DNA from: Spirochaetota bacterium
Lineage (GTDB): Bacteria > Spirochaetota > UBA4802 > UBA5550
NCBI GenBank assembly: GCA_963663865.1
Contig: OY760686.1
Location: forward strand, 384,001-448,000
DNA length: 64,000 bases
Direction: 5' to 3'
Below, in pieces: positions 46,868 through 56,977 of this stretch (positions within the stretch are counted from its first letter, which is position 1; every line of letters starts with the position of its first letter). A model generated the notes under the pieces. It saw only the letters and a list, made by a program, of their open reading frames with translations, was not told where the DNA came from and did not search any database. The translations under genes and the position numbers were made by a program.

Positions 46868-49369
46868 ATGGGGAACAGGGGACTATATCTTGTTGTGGCA
46901 GTCTGGCTTTGCCTATGCGCATGCTCTGATGATAATGACAAAGCTTCGGAGCAGCAAAAATTTGAAAGCTATGTTGAGGAAAGAGCGCTGGAGCTCCTTT
47001 CAGATATGACGCTTCAGGAAAAGGTCGACCAGATGAGCGGAGGGCGTCACAGCGATGAGACTATCTCAATAATGACTCAGGTATATAACAGCAGACTCGG
47101 GATTCCTTCAAATGTATACAATGATGGTCCAAGAGGAGCCCGCTCAAACACATCGTCCATTCTGAATACGACGGCATTCCCCGTTGAGTCCCTCAGGGCG
47201 TCTTCTTTTAACACAGAACGGGAATTCAGAATCGGAGAGATTTGCGGTAATGAAACCCGTGCTCTCGGGAATTACGTCATGCTTTCACCCTGTATAAATC
47301 AGGTTATCAATCCGAGATGGGGCAGGGCTCAGGACTCCTACGGAGAGGACACATTCCTTCTGGGCACGATGGGCGCGGCGTTCGCGAAGGGTATTCAGTA
47401 CGCCGGGGCCCTTGACGCAGACGGGAACATGGAGCCTGATACTGACGGCAATGGAATGCCGATTTTTTACGACAGCCGGGGCAGACGTTCGTACCGTGTT
47501 CAGTCGATGATTAAGCACATGGCAATGAGCAATGTTGAAAATAGCAAACGTGATTTCAACGCGGTCGTTGATGAACGGACGCTTAGAGAGGTGTTCCTGC
47601 CTCATTTCAAAAAGTGCATTGATGAGGCTGACCCTTCATCAGTGATGAGCGAGTACAACATGATAAACGGCGTTTATTGCTCAGAGAACTCACATCTGCT
47701 CAGAGACATCCTGTACGGAGAATGGGGCTTTGACGGTTACGTGGTTTCAGACTGGTACGCGCGTGCCTACTCCGCTGCCGACGCTGTCTATGCCGGTCTT
47801 TCGGTTGAGATGCCCTACAGTGACGGGGTTCCGGGCTACGAGTACCACATATATGGAAGCAGGCTCTACAACCTTGTCGCGGCTGGTGAAATAGCTGAAG
47901 GCGATATCGACCGCATAGTTCTCAGAATACTCAAAAAAAAGATTGCCTTCGGCACGCTCGATTACGGACGGGATTTTACAAAGGAAGTTGCTTCTCATGA
48001 GGACATGGCGGCTTACAGAGAGCCCTCGGCCATTGAAACCGAAGAGCACATAAATGAGGCGCTCGTCTCAGCCAGAGAGGGAATAGTACTCCTGAAGGAC
48101 GGGGACAGGACTGCTTCCTCGGCAGGAAGTGCGGCGAATTTGCCTCTCAATCCTTCCCTGGTGACAGGTGATTCTCCGATGGTTTTAATCGGAAGATATG
48201 CTAACGGTCACGCGATTAGCGGTCTGGCTCACATGGGCGATGCCGGGAGTTCAAATTGTGTTCCGTCTGATTCGGTAAATATTTACAGGGGAATGCTTGA
48301 GTATCTTGGGGGGGATATTGACAGGGTGAGGTACTTTACCGGCAAGACTGATTCGAATGCAGGCGGAGATTTTTTGCCTGTCGGACATTCTGATTATCCT
48401 GATGTTGAAGCCCTTACAGCGCTCAAAAGCGCTTCAATCGCGGTTTGTGTAACCGGATTTGTGCCGGCCGCTCTGATGTACGATCCTATGCAGGAGGAGG
48501 GCGAAGACCACGACAGGGATTCATCGGTACTTCCTGAGAGGGATTACGGGAATATTCAAACGGCGATAGAGGTGAAAACCAATACGGGAAGCGAGTACTA
48601 CAATCCAGAGTTAAAGATAATAGTCCTTATACAGTCGGGAAGCTCTGTTATCGTTGATCCGTGGTTCGAAGATGTGGACGTTATTGTTCAAACCTGGTAT
48701 GCCGGTATGTGCGGAGGGCAGGCCGCGGCAGAGCTTCTGTTCGGCATGACAATGGACCGGAATATAATTACAGACGAAGCTCTTCAGCCCGGGCCGATAT
48801 CATTCAGCGGAAAAACCTGCCTTACGTTTCACAGGTCAGAGCAACAGCTTCCCTACTATCCTGAGAAGAGGGAACCCCTTGCGCTTGAGTACAACTACTA
48901 CCACGGATACCGTTATTTTGAAAAAAACCTGTCTAAGACTGAAGAAAAAAAGCCTCGTTACTGGTTCGGCTACGGCTTGAGCTACAACACATACAGATAC
49001 AGTAATTTATCTATTGATAATCGTTATAAGGATGAACGCGGCAGACCGCTTATTAAAGTTACTTTAAACGTCACGAATGAAGGGCTTTACGATTCAGAAG
49101 AAATAGTGCAGGCCTATGTCGGTTTTGAGAATACTCTTGTCAATGACAGGTGGGGAAGGCCGGTGAAGCAGCTCTTTGCGTTCAGCCGTGTTCACGCCGG
49201 TGCCGGTGAAACGGTATTTGCAGAGATGTTCATTGACCCTGAAAACCTTAAGTACTGGAACCCGGAAACGGGAAATATGGAGCTTGAGGACATAGAGTAC
49301 AATCTGTATGTTGCAGGAAGTGCTGACCCTGAAGAGACAGGGTTGGAGGAGGGTTTCCATATTGACTGA
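46868..49369 (+). CDS. Glycoside hydrolase family 3 lipoprotein (beta-glucosidase/xylosidase-like) with C-terminal FN3-like domain
   Basis: Lipobox LCAC, PRWGRAQDSYGED, IKH, nucleophile VVSDW, EGIVLLK and FGYGLSY. Confidence 0.95.
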   Translation: MGNRGLYLVVAVWLCLCACSDDNDKASEQQKFESYVEERALELLSDMTLQEKVDQMSGGRHSDETISIMTQVYNSRLGIPSNVYNDGPRGARSNTSSILNTTAFPVESLRASSFNTEREFRIGEICGNETRALGNYVMLSPCINQVINPRWGRAQDSYGEDTFLLGTMGAAFAKGIQYAGALDADGNMEPDTDGNGMPIFYDSRGRRSYRVQSMIKHMAMSNVENSKRDFNAVVDERTLREVFLPHFKKCIDEADPSSVMSEYNMINGVYCSENSHLLRDILYGEWGFDGYVVSDWYARAYSAADAVYAGLSVEMPYSDGVPGYEYHIYGSRLYNLVAAGEIAEGDIDRIVLRILKKKIAFGTLDYGRDFTKEVASHEDMAAYREPSAIETEEHINEALVSAREGIVLLKDGDRTASSAGSAANLPLNPSLVTGDSPMVLIGRYANGHAISGLAHMGDAGSSNCVPSDSVNIYRGMLEYLGGDIDRVRYFTGKTDSNAGGDFLPVGHSDYPDVEALTALKSASIAVCVTGFVPAALMYDPMQEEGEDHDRDSSVLPERDYGNIQTAIEVKTNTGSEYYNPELKIIVLIQSGSSVIVDPWFEDVDVIVQTWYAGMCGGQAAAELLFGMTMDRNIITDEALQPGPISFSGKTCLTFHRSEQQLPYYPEKREPLALEYNYYHGYRYFEKNLSKTEEKKPRYWFGYGLSYNTYRYSNLSIDNRYKDERGRPLIKVTLNVTNEGLYDSEEIVQAYVGFENTLVNDRWGRPVKQLFAFSRVHAGAGETVFAEMFIDPENLKYWNPETGNMELEDIEYNLYVAGSADPEETGLEEGFHID

Positions 49370-50320
49370 TTACGATTGAGAAGATTTTTCGTGTACGGTT
49401 CTGTTTCGGCCTTCGGCTTTTGCCCTGTAAAGCAACTGGTCAGCTGTCCGGAGAGTTTCGTCGAAGGTAGCCTCAATATTATCTGTCAGCCCGCAGCTGA
49501 GGGTTATGCTGATACTGTTATTATCAAAAACAAAACATGTCTTTTCAGCTAATTTTCTTATTTTTTCAATTATTTTAAACGATTCTCCGCTTCCGGTCAT
49601 TATCATAATAATACAGAATTCTTCACCGCCGTAGCGGGCAACAATATCGCTTTTCCGGAGGTTTTTTTTAAAGATGCTGCTGACAGAGCTGAGTATATGG
49701 TCTCCTGCAGCATGACCAAAGGTATCGTTTACCTTTTTAAAGTGGTCGATGTCGATCATGGCCGTGGACAGCCTCAGGTTTGACCTTTTGGCGTTATTAA
49801 AAAGCGCGATCCCCGCTTCAAAGAGGTATCTTCTGCTGTACAGGCCCGTCAGGAAATCAGTATTGGCCATGCTGGCAATCTGTTTTTTTTGTTCTTCAAG
49901 CTCTGTAATATCATCAACTGTAATGACGGCAAGGTTTTCATTTTTATAAAGGATTTTACGTGACTTTATCCTGAAATGCTTTTCTACCGGAGTACTACCA
50001 ATATAGAAAACCCTTGAGATATATGTCTTTTTAACAGAATCATCCCCGCTCAGGCTGCCAGAAATGCATTCCCTGAGAGTGCACGTTGAACATTTTGATG
50101 TTGTCCCGCACGGCTTGTTCTCTTCAACCGCGAATGCGCATCCGAGCGAATTCCCACAGAGTTGATTGATAATATCATTTTCTTCTTTACCAAGAAGGCT
50201 TTTAAGACTTTCGTTGACTGCTTTAACACTGAATTCGCTGTCAACGAGAAATACAGCAGTTGTGATATTGTTGAGCAGGAACTCATAAAATTCCGTCGAG
50301 TTGTACAGGTTTTCAAGCAT
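49370..50320 (-). CDS. PAS(Cys-rich)-GGDEF diguanylate cyclase
   Basis: N-terminal PAS, DFLTGL, DIDHFKKVND, I-site RKSD and GGEEF. ATG 50320 (ORF track 50407). Confidence 0.92.
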   Translation of the reverse strand: MLENLYNSTEFYEFLLNNITTAVFLVDSEFSVKAVNESLKSLLGKEENDIINQLCGNSLGCAFAVEENKPCGTTSKCSTCTLRECISGSLSGDDSVKKTYISRVFYIGSTPVEKHFRIKSRKILYKNENLAVITVDDITELEEQKKQIASMANTDFLTGLYSRRYLFEAGIALFNNAKRSNLRLSTAMIDIDHFKKVNDTFGHAAGDHILSSVSSIFKKNLRKSDIVARYGGEEFCIIMIMTGSGESFKIIEKIRKLAEKTCFVFDNNSISITLSCGLTDNIEATFDETLRTADQLLYRAKAEGRNRTVHEKSSQS

Positions 50321-50432
50321 CGCAGTTTCCCACTGTAAATGTAATTTGCGATCAAGAGGATTCTCTGATAATACACCGTGATGAAGAAAAAAGCAATAAA
50401 AATACAAAATTGTAACACGGGAACGTTGACAA

Positions 50433-51413
50433 ATGTTTAAGTCAGTTAAAAACTTTTTCGACAGGTTTCTATTGCTTCAAAAGGCCGGAGTTCCTTTTCT
50501 ATTCGTAATAGATTTTGATATTATTAACCCCTTGATTTTTACTTTCGATGAGGCTTCATCTCTCGGTGTTATTTTTGATATTAATGGTGTTTCGAACACG
50601 GCTAAGGATGAGTCTTATCATAGGCCGGAAGAAGTTGTTTTCAGCAGAAACCCGCCGTCATTTACCGAATATTTGCGTTCATACGAAATAGTTAGAAATA
50701 ATCTAAGAAAAGGGAACTCATACCTGGTAAATCTGACCTGCAGTACAGAGCTTATGACAAACCTGAAACCCATTGACTTTTTCATGATGGCGGAAGCTCC
50801 ATACCGTCTGCTTCTGGGGGATATCGCAGTTTTTTCTCCGGAGCCCTTTGTAAAGGTATCCAATGGAGAGATGTCAACATGCCCAATGAAGGGAACTATC
50901 AGTGCTGCGATTTCAGCGGCAGCGGAGAGATTGATGGAAAACGAAAAGGAGCTTGCGGAGCATGTCACAGTAGTTGATCTTCTCAGAAATGACCTTGCGA
51001 TGGTTGCTGACAGGGTCCGGGTTGAAAGATTCAGATATGTGGAAAGGGTTAAAACCGCCTCGGGTGACCTCTTTCAGACGAGCAGTCTGATAAAAGGTGA
51101 GCTGAAAAAAGAATACAGGGACAATCTGGGGCGAATGCTTTTAAAGCTACTTCCGGCCGGTTCGGTTACGGGAGCTCCGAAAAGAAAAACGGTGGAAATT
51201 ATTCGCAGCGCTGAGACTCATGAAAGAGGTTATTATACCGGGGTTTTCGGATATTGCTGCGGCGATTATCTTGACAGCGCTGTGATGATTCGCTTTGTTG
51301 AAGAGAGGGACGGAAAAATCTGGTACAAGAGCGGCGGCGGGATAACAGCTTACAGTAGCCCTGAAGAAGAATACACGGAGATGTGTGAGAAGATTTATGT
51401 GCCGTTTTATTGA
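50433..51413 (+). CDS. pabB: Aminodeoxychorismate synthase component I (short form)
   Basis: GNSYLVNLT, FSPEPF, PMKGT, KELAEH..VDLLRND, PAGSVTGAPK and SGGGIT. Confidence 0.93.
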   Translation: MFKSVKNFFDRFLLLQKAGVPFLFVIDFDIINPLIFTFDEASSLGVIFDINGVSNTAKDESYHRPEEVVFSRNPPSFTEYLRSYEIVRNNLRKGNSYLVNLTCSTELMTNLKPIDFFMMAEAPYRLLLGDIAVFSPEPFVKVSNGEMSTCPMKGTISAAISAAAERLMENEKELAEHVTVVDLLRNDLAMVADRVRVERFRYVERVKTASGDLFQTSSLIKGELKKEYRDNLGRMLLKLLPAGSVTGAPKRKTVEIIRSAETHERGYYTGVFGYCCGDYLDSAVMIRFVEERDGKIWYKSGGGITAYSSPEEEYTEMCEKIYVPFY

Positions 51414-51987
51414 AACAGTCCGGATTGAGAATGGCCAGATAAAACTGGGGCTTCTTCATAACCTCAGAATCACGAGAGTATTTGAGGATTTTTTCCCGTC
51501 GAATAAGCCTTTTTCAGTGACCGATGTATTTCGTCCAGGCAGCGTGAAGCAGGGGAGATATAAGCTTCGAATTGAGTACGGCAGAAAAATTCTTCTCACA
51601 GAAATGTCAGAGTATGTCCGCCGAACTGTTAACAGGGTGAAGGCTGTGAGATGCGACAGCATCGATTATAAATACAAGTACCTTGACAGAAGCGCCTTAA
51701 ACCGTCTAAATTCAGGTACCAGTGATGAGGCGGTTGTCATAATCAGGAACGGCTTTGTTACGGATTCAACATTTTCCAACATTGCTCTTTTTGACGGTTC
51801 TGAATGGGTAACGCCCGATACCTGGCTCCTGAACGGGGTCATGCGGCAGCACCTGATCGCAGCAGGCTTTTTAAGGGAAAAGACTGTCAGGCTGGAGGAT
51901 TTGTCGAAGTATAAAACAATCAGTTTTATCAACGCCATGCTTGATCTGGGAGAGCTTGCTGTTTGTATGAAGAGTATGGTGATTTAA
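51397..51987 (+). CDS. pabC: Aminotransferase class IV / 4-amino-4-deoxychorismate lyase
   Basis: FIETVR, YKYKYLDR, VTDSTFSN, LLNGVMR and INAM. Overlaps pabB. Confidence 0.85.
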   Translation: MCRFIETVRIENGQIKLGLLHNLRITRVFEDFFPSNKPFSVTDVFRPGSVKQGRYKLRIEYGRKILLTEMSEYVRRTVNRVKAVRCDSIDYKYKYLDRSALNRLNSGTSDEAVVIIRNGFVTDSTFSNIALFDGSEWVTPDTWLLNGVMRQHLIAAGFLREKTVRLEDLSKYKTISFINAMLDLGELAVCMKSMVI

Positions 51988-52260
51988 TAATTGCATCCTT
52001 GTCATATGAGATAAGATTTAAACGAATTGATGTATGTGAAACTTGATTCAGTTAATTCAGCTTTTCAGTCCTCACACAAAATATTTAACCCTATCATTCA
52101 ATGTTTTTTGATCCTTCCTAATTCGCACTGTGGCAACACATGAAAAAATATAATGAATTTTTTGATATATCAGTACGCTGAAAGACACAACAAAAAAATA
52201 AGGCCTATATGAGTGGCTGCATTCAGTAAAATAATTTTTATTTTAGGAGGAGTCTTACTT

Positions 52261-54573
52261 ATGAAAAAAACAAAAGGTTTTTTTCTTGTCCTGGCCACCT
52301 TGATGGTTTTTGTCTCTTGCGGAGAAGATTCAAAAGATTCAGCGAAGTGGCCTCAGAGTGTCTATTCTGAACAGCCTCATATCGGAGTATATCAGGATTA
52401 CGCAGTTGGAAATCAGGGTCAGGCCGGAATTGATGCAATAGTCAATGTCAATCCAAACTGCTCGGTTAAAACGATAATTACGATCGACGGTTTACAGTTT
52501 AAGGATTCAAATGGTGACGGAGAGTTGCAGCCATATGAGGATTGGCGATTGTCTCCAGAGGAGAGGGCGGCAAATCTGGTTAGCCTGATGCCCGTTGAAA
52601 GAAAAATCCCCTTGCTGATCCATGCAGGCGGACCAGGAAACCCCACCGGGACTGATTCCACTGTTATAAATGGTCTTGCTGATGACGGTACTGTTGACGA
52701 AACTTCAAATCCTCATCCGTTTGGCTATGATGTTTACAGAACAGCATATTATTTGGTAAACTACGGGGTTCGTTATGGTTTACGCAATGGTTATGGTTAT
52801 GATACAGCTGTTTATTACAACAATGTTCAGGGACTTTGTGAAAGGTCTCCATGGGGAATTCCGCATACAATAAGTGTTGATCCCTATCATGATACAGCTT
52901 ATAATGCAAATTCTGCTACAACAAATTCTCTGTGGCCATTTATGATGGGCTTTGGTGCTATTTCAAACCCTGATGACGCAAAAAGAATAGCAAGGAGGTT
53001 TGGAGAAGTTCATGGACAGGAATTGAGGATGTCCGGCGTTACCATGCTGTTGGGGCCAATGGCGGATATTGCCACAGAACCCAGGTGGGCTAGAATTCAG
53101 CATTGCATTAGCTCTGATCCTGATGTTGTTGCCGAACTTGTCGCTGAAGTTATAGCTGGAATGCAGGGAAGTGAGAATGGGCTTGTTCCCGGTGGCCAGG
53201 CATGCGTGGTTAAGCATTTCCCCGGATCTGGATCAGATGAAGAAGGGATGGACAGCCATTCCCCTCATGGACGTTATCAGGTATTCCCAGGAAACCTTTT
53301 TGAAGAACACCTTAGGCCTTTTGATGCGGCTTTTAAGGTAGGAGTAGCCGGAGTAATGCCATGCTATGGTATTTTTGAGACAAATAATTTCGAGCAAGTA
53401 GGATCGGCATTTACCTCAGATATTATGGTCGATTTGTTGCGTGATCGGTTTGGTTTCAACGGTTATATTGTCTCTGACTGGTATATTGATACTCACATGC
53501 CGTGGGGGCTTGAAGATCTGACAAAATATGAATTAGTCGGAAGGTGGTTGAAGGCTGGAACTCATCAGCATGGTGGGAATCAGGATGTCGCGAGTGTTAT
53601 GCGGTCTTATGAAGAAGGGTACATAACTGTTGAAGACATTGATTTTGCGGTGCAAAGTAATCTTAAAGTGGTGTTTCAGCAGGGTCTTTTTGAGAATCCG
53701 TATGTTAATCTTGCGGAGGCTCAGGAATTCTGGCGTTCTAATGGATCTGCGTTTGTTGACAGATCAATAGCAGCAGAAGAAGCTCAGAAGAAGGCAATGG
53801 TTCTTTGTAAAAATAACAGTTCGTTTTTGCCTGTTAAGCCAGACGGGGAAAAGTATGACACTAACGGGAATGGGGTAGTAGAAATATTTTTTGATAGCAA
53901 TATTTCTCAGGCGGACAGCGGTGAATTACAAACCGTTGCAAGAAGTGAAGAGTACTCAGGTTTTACTTTTGTTGATAATATTAATAATGCTGATATTGCA
54001 ATCGTTCGTATGTTTTCCAGAGGAGGAGAGTACTGGTCTGCTTTAGGTGGAATACCTCTTTCATATGATGGTATAACATATGTTTGGGATCATGAGGCAA
54101 AATCCTATACAGACATTCCGGCTCCAACAACAAGTATGGGAATTCAGGGCGGTGGTGATACAACAAAAAACTCTGGAGGATATAGAACCGTTGGAGGATC
54201 TCTTGACAATTATCAGAGAGTCTTTAATGCAATTGGAGCAAGGGACGGAGGGGATGTAAATGGAGATGGCACTATTGATGGTGATGGTACGAATCCAACT
54301 TTAAAGATAGTGGTTGGAATGACAGCGTCTCGTCCTGGTATTGTTGCTCCATTCCTCGGAGATGTACATTCTCTGATAGTAGATTTTGGCGCGACAGATA
54401 GTAGCTTTTTAGACGTGGTTTTTAATGCTGATGGTTCGGCTCCTACTGGCAATCTCCCTGTTGAAATACCGGCAAATGATGAATCAGTCAATGCTCAGTT
54501 TGAAGATGTCCCTTGTGATACTGTAGAACCAACATTTAAATACGGATTTGGATTGAGGTACATGTCAGAATAA
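52261..54573 (+). CDS. Glycoside hydrolase family 3 lipoprotein
   Basis: RBS GGAGGAG before ATG 52261, lipobox FVSC, FKDSNGDGELQPYEDWRL, TEPRWAR, VKHFPG and IVSDW. Confidence 0.95.
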   Translation: MKKTKGFFLVLATLMVFVSCGEDSKDSAKWPQSVYSEQPHIGVYQDYAVGNQGQAGIDAIVNVNPNCSVKTIITIDGLQFKDSNGDGELQPYEDWRLSPEERAANLVSLMPVERKIPLLIHAGGPGNPTGTDSTVINGLADDGTVDETSNPHPFGYDVYRTAYYLVNYGVRYGLRNGYGYDTAVYYNNVQGLCERSPWGIPHTISVDPYHDTAYNANSATTNSLWPFMMGFGAISNPDDAKRIARRFGEVHGQELRMSGVTMLLGPMADIATEPRWARIQHCISSDPDVVAELVAEVIAGMQGSENGLVPGGQACVVKHFPGSGSDEEGMDSHSPHGRYQVFPGNLFEEHLRPFDAAFKVGVAGVMPCYGIFETNNFEQVGSAFTSDIMVDLLRDRFGFNGYIVSDWYIDTHMPWGLEDLTKYELVGRWLKAGTHQHGGNQDVASVMRSYEEGYITVEDIDFAVQSNLKVVFQQGLFENPYVNLAEAQEFWRSNGSAFVDRSIAAEEAQKKAMVLCKNNSSFLPVKPDGEKYDTNGNGVVEIFFDSNISQADSGELQTVARSEEYSGFTFVDNINNADIAIVRMFSRGGEYWSALGGIPLSYDGITYVWDHEAKSYTDIPAPTTSMGIQGGGDTTKNSGGYRTVGGSLDNYQRVFNAIGARDGGDVNGDGTIDGDGTNPTLKIVVGMTASRPGIVAPFLGDVHSLIVDFGATDSSFLDVVFNADGSAPTGNLPVEIPANDESVNAQFEDVPCDTVEPTFKYGFGLRYMSE

Positions 54574-54637
54574 GATTATTTTCAATATGTAGTTTGACAA
54601 ATAATTTTATTTTTTTGATGTAATAATGTGTGTGGAT

Positions 54638-54676
54638 TAACTTCCCCCGGAGAAGCAGGTTGTACGGGGGAAGTTA
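54638..54676 (+). terminator. Perfect 12-bp hairpin between the GH3 and SBP genes
   Basis: TAACTTCCCCCG-N15-CGGGGGAAGTTA, with no clear U-tract. Confidence 0.55.
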
Positions 54677-54728
54677 TATGGGAAACGAGTAAGAAGCAGT
54701 GATTTTATGAAGATTTGGCAAGAGTAAT

Positions 54729-55850
54729 ATGAAATTTTATTACGGAATAATATCAAAGTTTATTTTATTAATCCTGTTAATTCTGTCATGCAGTAACTCC
54801 CCCCAAAAAAAAGAGACGAGTATACTATTAATAATCCACCAGGATAATATTTCTGATGATGAATATGGGTTTTTCAACCAATTGAAGGATTATACATTAA
54901 TGGCTGCTTACGATTTGCAGGTGAGTGTTGAGTGTTTGGGGTTCACCAGCAATGATAAAACGATACGAGAAAGATTTATTAAAATAGTCAGTAAAAAAAA
55001 GCCCGATGGAATTATTCTCGCCGGAGGGTATGGTTTTTTATATCCTATTGTTGAAATTTCAAACAAGCTAAAAATTCCATTTATTAATATTAATAATAAA
55101 TTTGATCCAAAGTTTAATATGGGAAAACCAAGAGAAAAATTTAAATATTGGATTGGAGAAGTAATACCTGATGATGAACAAGCGGGATATTTGTTAGCAA
55201 AAATATTATCAGAAAATGCTCCTGTTGATAAAAGTGGTGTTGTAAGAATGATAGCGTTTATAGGGTATAAATACGATTTCGCTTCGCTTGAACGCTTGAA
55301 AGGTTTAATGAGGTATTTGAGCGAGAACAAAAATGTAATCTTGCAACAGGTATTTGAAACTAAATATAATGAAGCTTCAGCATATAAAAAATTCTATCTG
55401 TCAAAACAAAATCGGTATCCGAAAACAACAGCTGTGTGGACAGTAAGCGACGGTCTTGCAGCGGGTTCGTCTCAAGCAGCTAAAGATTTGAAGTTAACAT
55501 TTGGAAAAGATTATATCGTTGGAGGAATTGATTGGACGGAGAAGGGTATACGAGATGTTAAAGCCGAACAGAGCTATGTTTCAGTTGGTGGCCATGTATT
55601 GGAAGGTGTCTGGGCCTTAATTCTTATCCATGATTATTTGAAAGAAATAGATTTTATATCCGAATCTGTAGAATTTATGACCCAGATGAAATCAATAAGC
55701 GTTGATGATAATTATTGCTTTATAAAGTTCCTTTTGAATGAACAATCAATTAAAATTGATTTTAGGACATATTCGAAATATCATAATAAAACATTAAAAA
55801 AATATGATTTTGACATTTCAGGGAAAATTAAAAAATGTCTACGCGAATAA
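54729..55850 (+). CDS. Periplasmic sugar-binding-type lipoprotein (type I PBP)
   Basis: Lipobox ILSC, KPDGII, WIGEVIPDDEQAGY, ERLKG, GGIDW and SVGGH. No ABC permease nearby. Confidence 0.85.
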   Translation: MKFYYGIISKFILLILLILSCSNSPQKKETSILLIIHQDNISDDEYGFFNQLKDYTLMAAYDLQVSVECLGFTSNDKTIRERFIKIVSKKKPDGIILAGGYGFLYPIVEISNKLKIPFININNKFDPKFNMGKPREKFKYWIGEVIPDDEQAGYLLAKILSENAPVDKSGVVRMIAFIGYKYDFASLERLKGLMRYLSENKNVILQQVFETKYNEASAYKKFYLSKQNRYPKTTAVWTVSDGLAAGSSQAAKDLKLTFGKDYIVGGIDWTEKGIRDVKAEQSYVSVGGHVLEGVWALILIHDYLKEIDFISESVEFMTQMKSISVDDNYCFIKFLLNEQSIKIDFRTYSKYHNKTLKKYDFDISGKIKKCLRE

Positions 55851-56977
55851 TTAAAAAAATACGCATTGTGGATATAGTATTAATTATTATAGTAATATTC
55901 TTTTTTGCTAACGGTGTTTTTTTTCTGATGAAAAAGATCAAGGAAGATCGCCGGCTGAAAATGAAAGCAGAAAGACTGTACAGCAAAATAATCGAGGATA
56001 ACTGCATATATTTTATGTACTCTTCTTCGGAGAAAGTTTTTAATGTTCAGATTGACGACGAAGATGTAGTGGAATTATCAGTAAAGAATTATTTTGATGA
56101 GACTGTATTTAACTATTCAAGTCAATATAATATATATCCAAGTGAGGTTGTTTTTAACAAGAACATCGAATTTAATGATAGGGTTTTTGGAGAAATACAT
56201 ATTCGGATGATAAGATCATCGTTCTATAGAGAAATGGAAAAAATAGCAGCTGTGTTATTGGCAGAAAATGCTGATGCGTTATGGGAGTATGATCTGCGTG
56301 AGCTTGAGAAAAACATTGGAAGGTATTTATACAGGGACGATATTTACGGAATTTCAATTAGAGATATAAACAAAAACTACCTCGTTCATTTAAAAAAAGA
56401 CGAAAGTGTTGATGAAAAGAAATTGATAACAATAAAAAAAGATTTTAATCAAAACGGTAAATTCTGTGGCAATATAGAAATAGTTACATATAATAACCGG
56501 TCGGATTTGCTTTTTGCAAAGACAACATTCTTTTCAGTAATGGCTTTATTCTTCTTGATTATCGTAGGTGTACGAAAAAAATTCTACTGGAACATGGTTG
56601 AAACAGATTTTCAGGAAAAATGGAAAATCTCAAGGAGTACTGAAATCAAAATGAAGAAAGCAATTGGATATATATATGAAAACTATACTGAACCAATCTC
56701 AAGGGAAGAGCTTGCAAGCTATGTGAACATTAATGCTGATAATCTTGGAAGATTTTTTAAAATCTTTACAGGAGTCAAGATTAACGATTATATTAATCAA
56801 TTGCGAATAGATAAAGCAAAAAAACTATTAATAGAAACAGATGACAGTATTATAAGAATTGCTTTAGAAGTTGGATTTGAAAGCTTAAACACTTTTTACG
56901 TTCTTTTCCAAAAAAAAAACGGACTCTCTCCTTCGGCTTACAGGCGAAGTTATGAGGAAAGGCGTGAGTTGGTATAA
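55835..56977 (+). CDS. Membrane-anchored AraC-family regulator with periplasmic sensor domain
   Basis: TM1 near aa 10-32, about 190-aa external region, TM2 near aa 230-246, then AraC double HTH (LGRFFKIFTG..YINQLRI..IALEVGFESLNTF..GLSPSAYR). Confidence 0.9.
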   Translation: MSTRIIKKIRIVDIVLIIIVIFFFANGVFFLMKKIKEDRRLKMKAERLYSKIIEDNCIYFMYSSSEKVFNVQIDDEDVVELSVKNYFDETVFNYSSQYNIYPSEVVFNKNIEFNDRVFGEIHIRMIRSSFYREMEKIAAVLLAENADALWEYDLRELEKNIGRYLYRDDIYGISIRDINKNYLVHLKKDESVDEKKLITIKKDFNQNGKFCGNIEIVTYNNRSDLLFAKTTFFSVMALFFLIIVGVRKKFYWNMVETDFQEKWKISRSTEIKMKKAIGYIYENYTEPISREELASYVNINADNLGRFFKIFTGVKINDYINQLRIDKAKKLLIETDDSIIRIALEVGFESLNTFYVLFQKKNGLSPSAYRRSYEERRELV

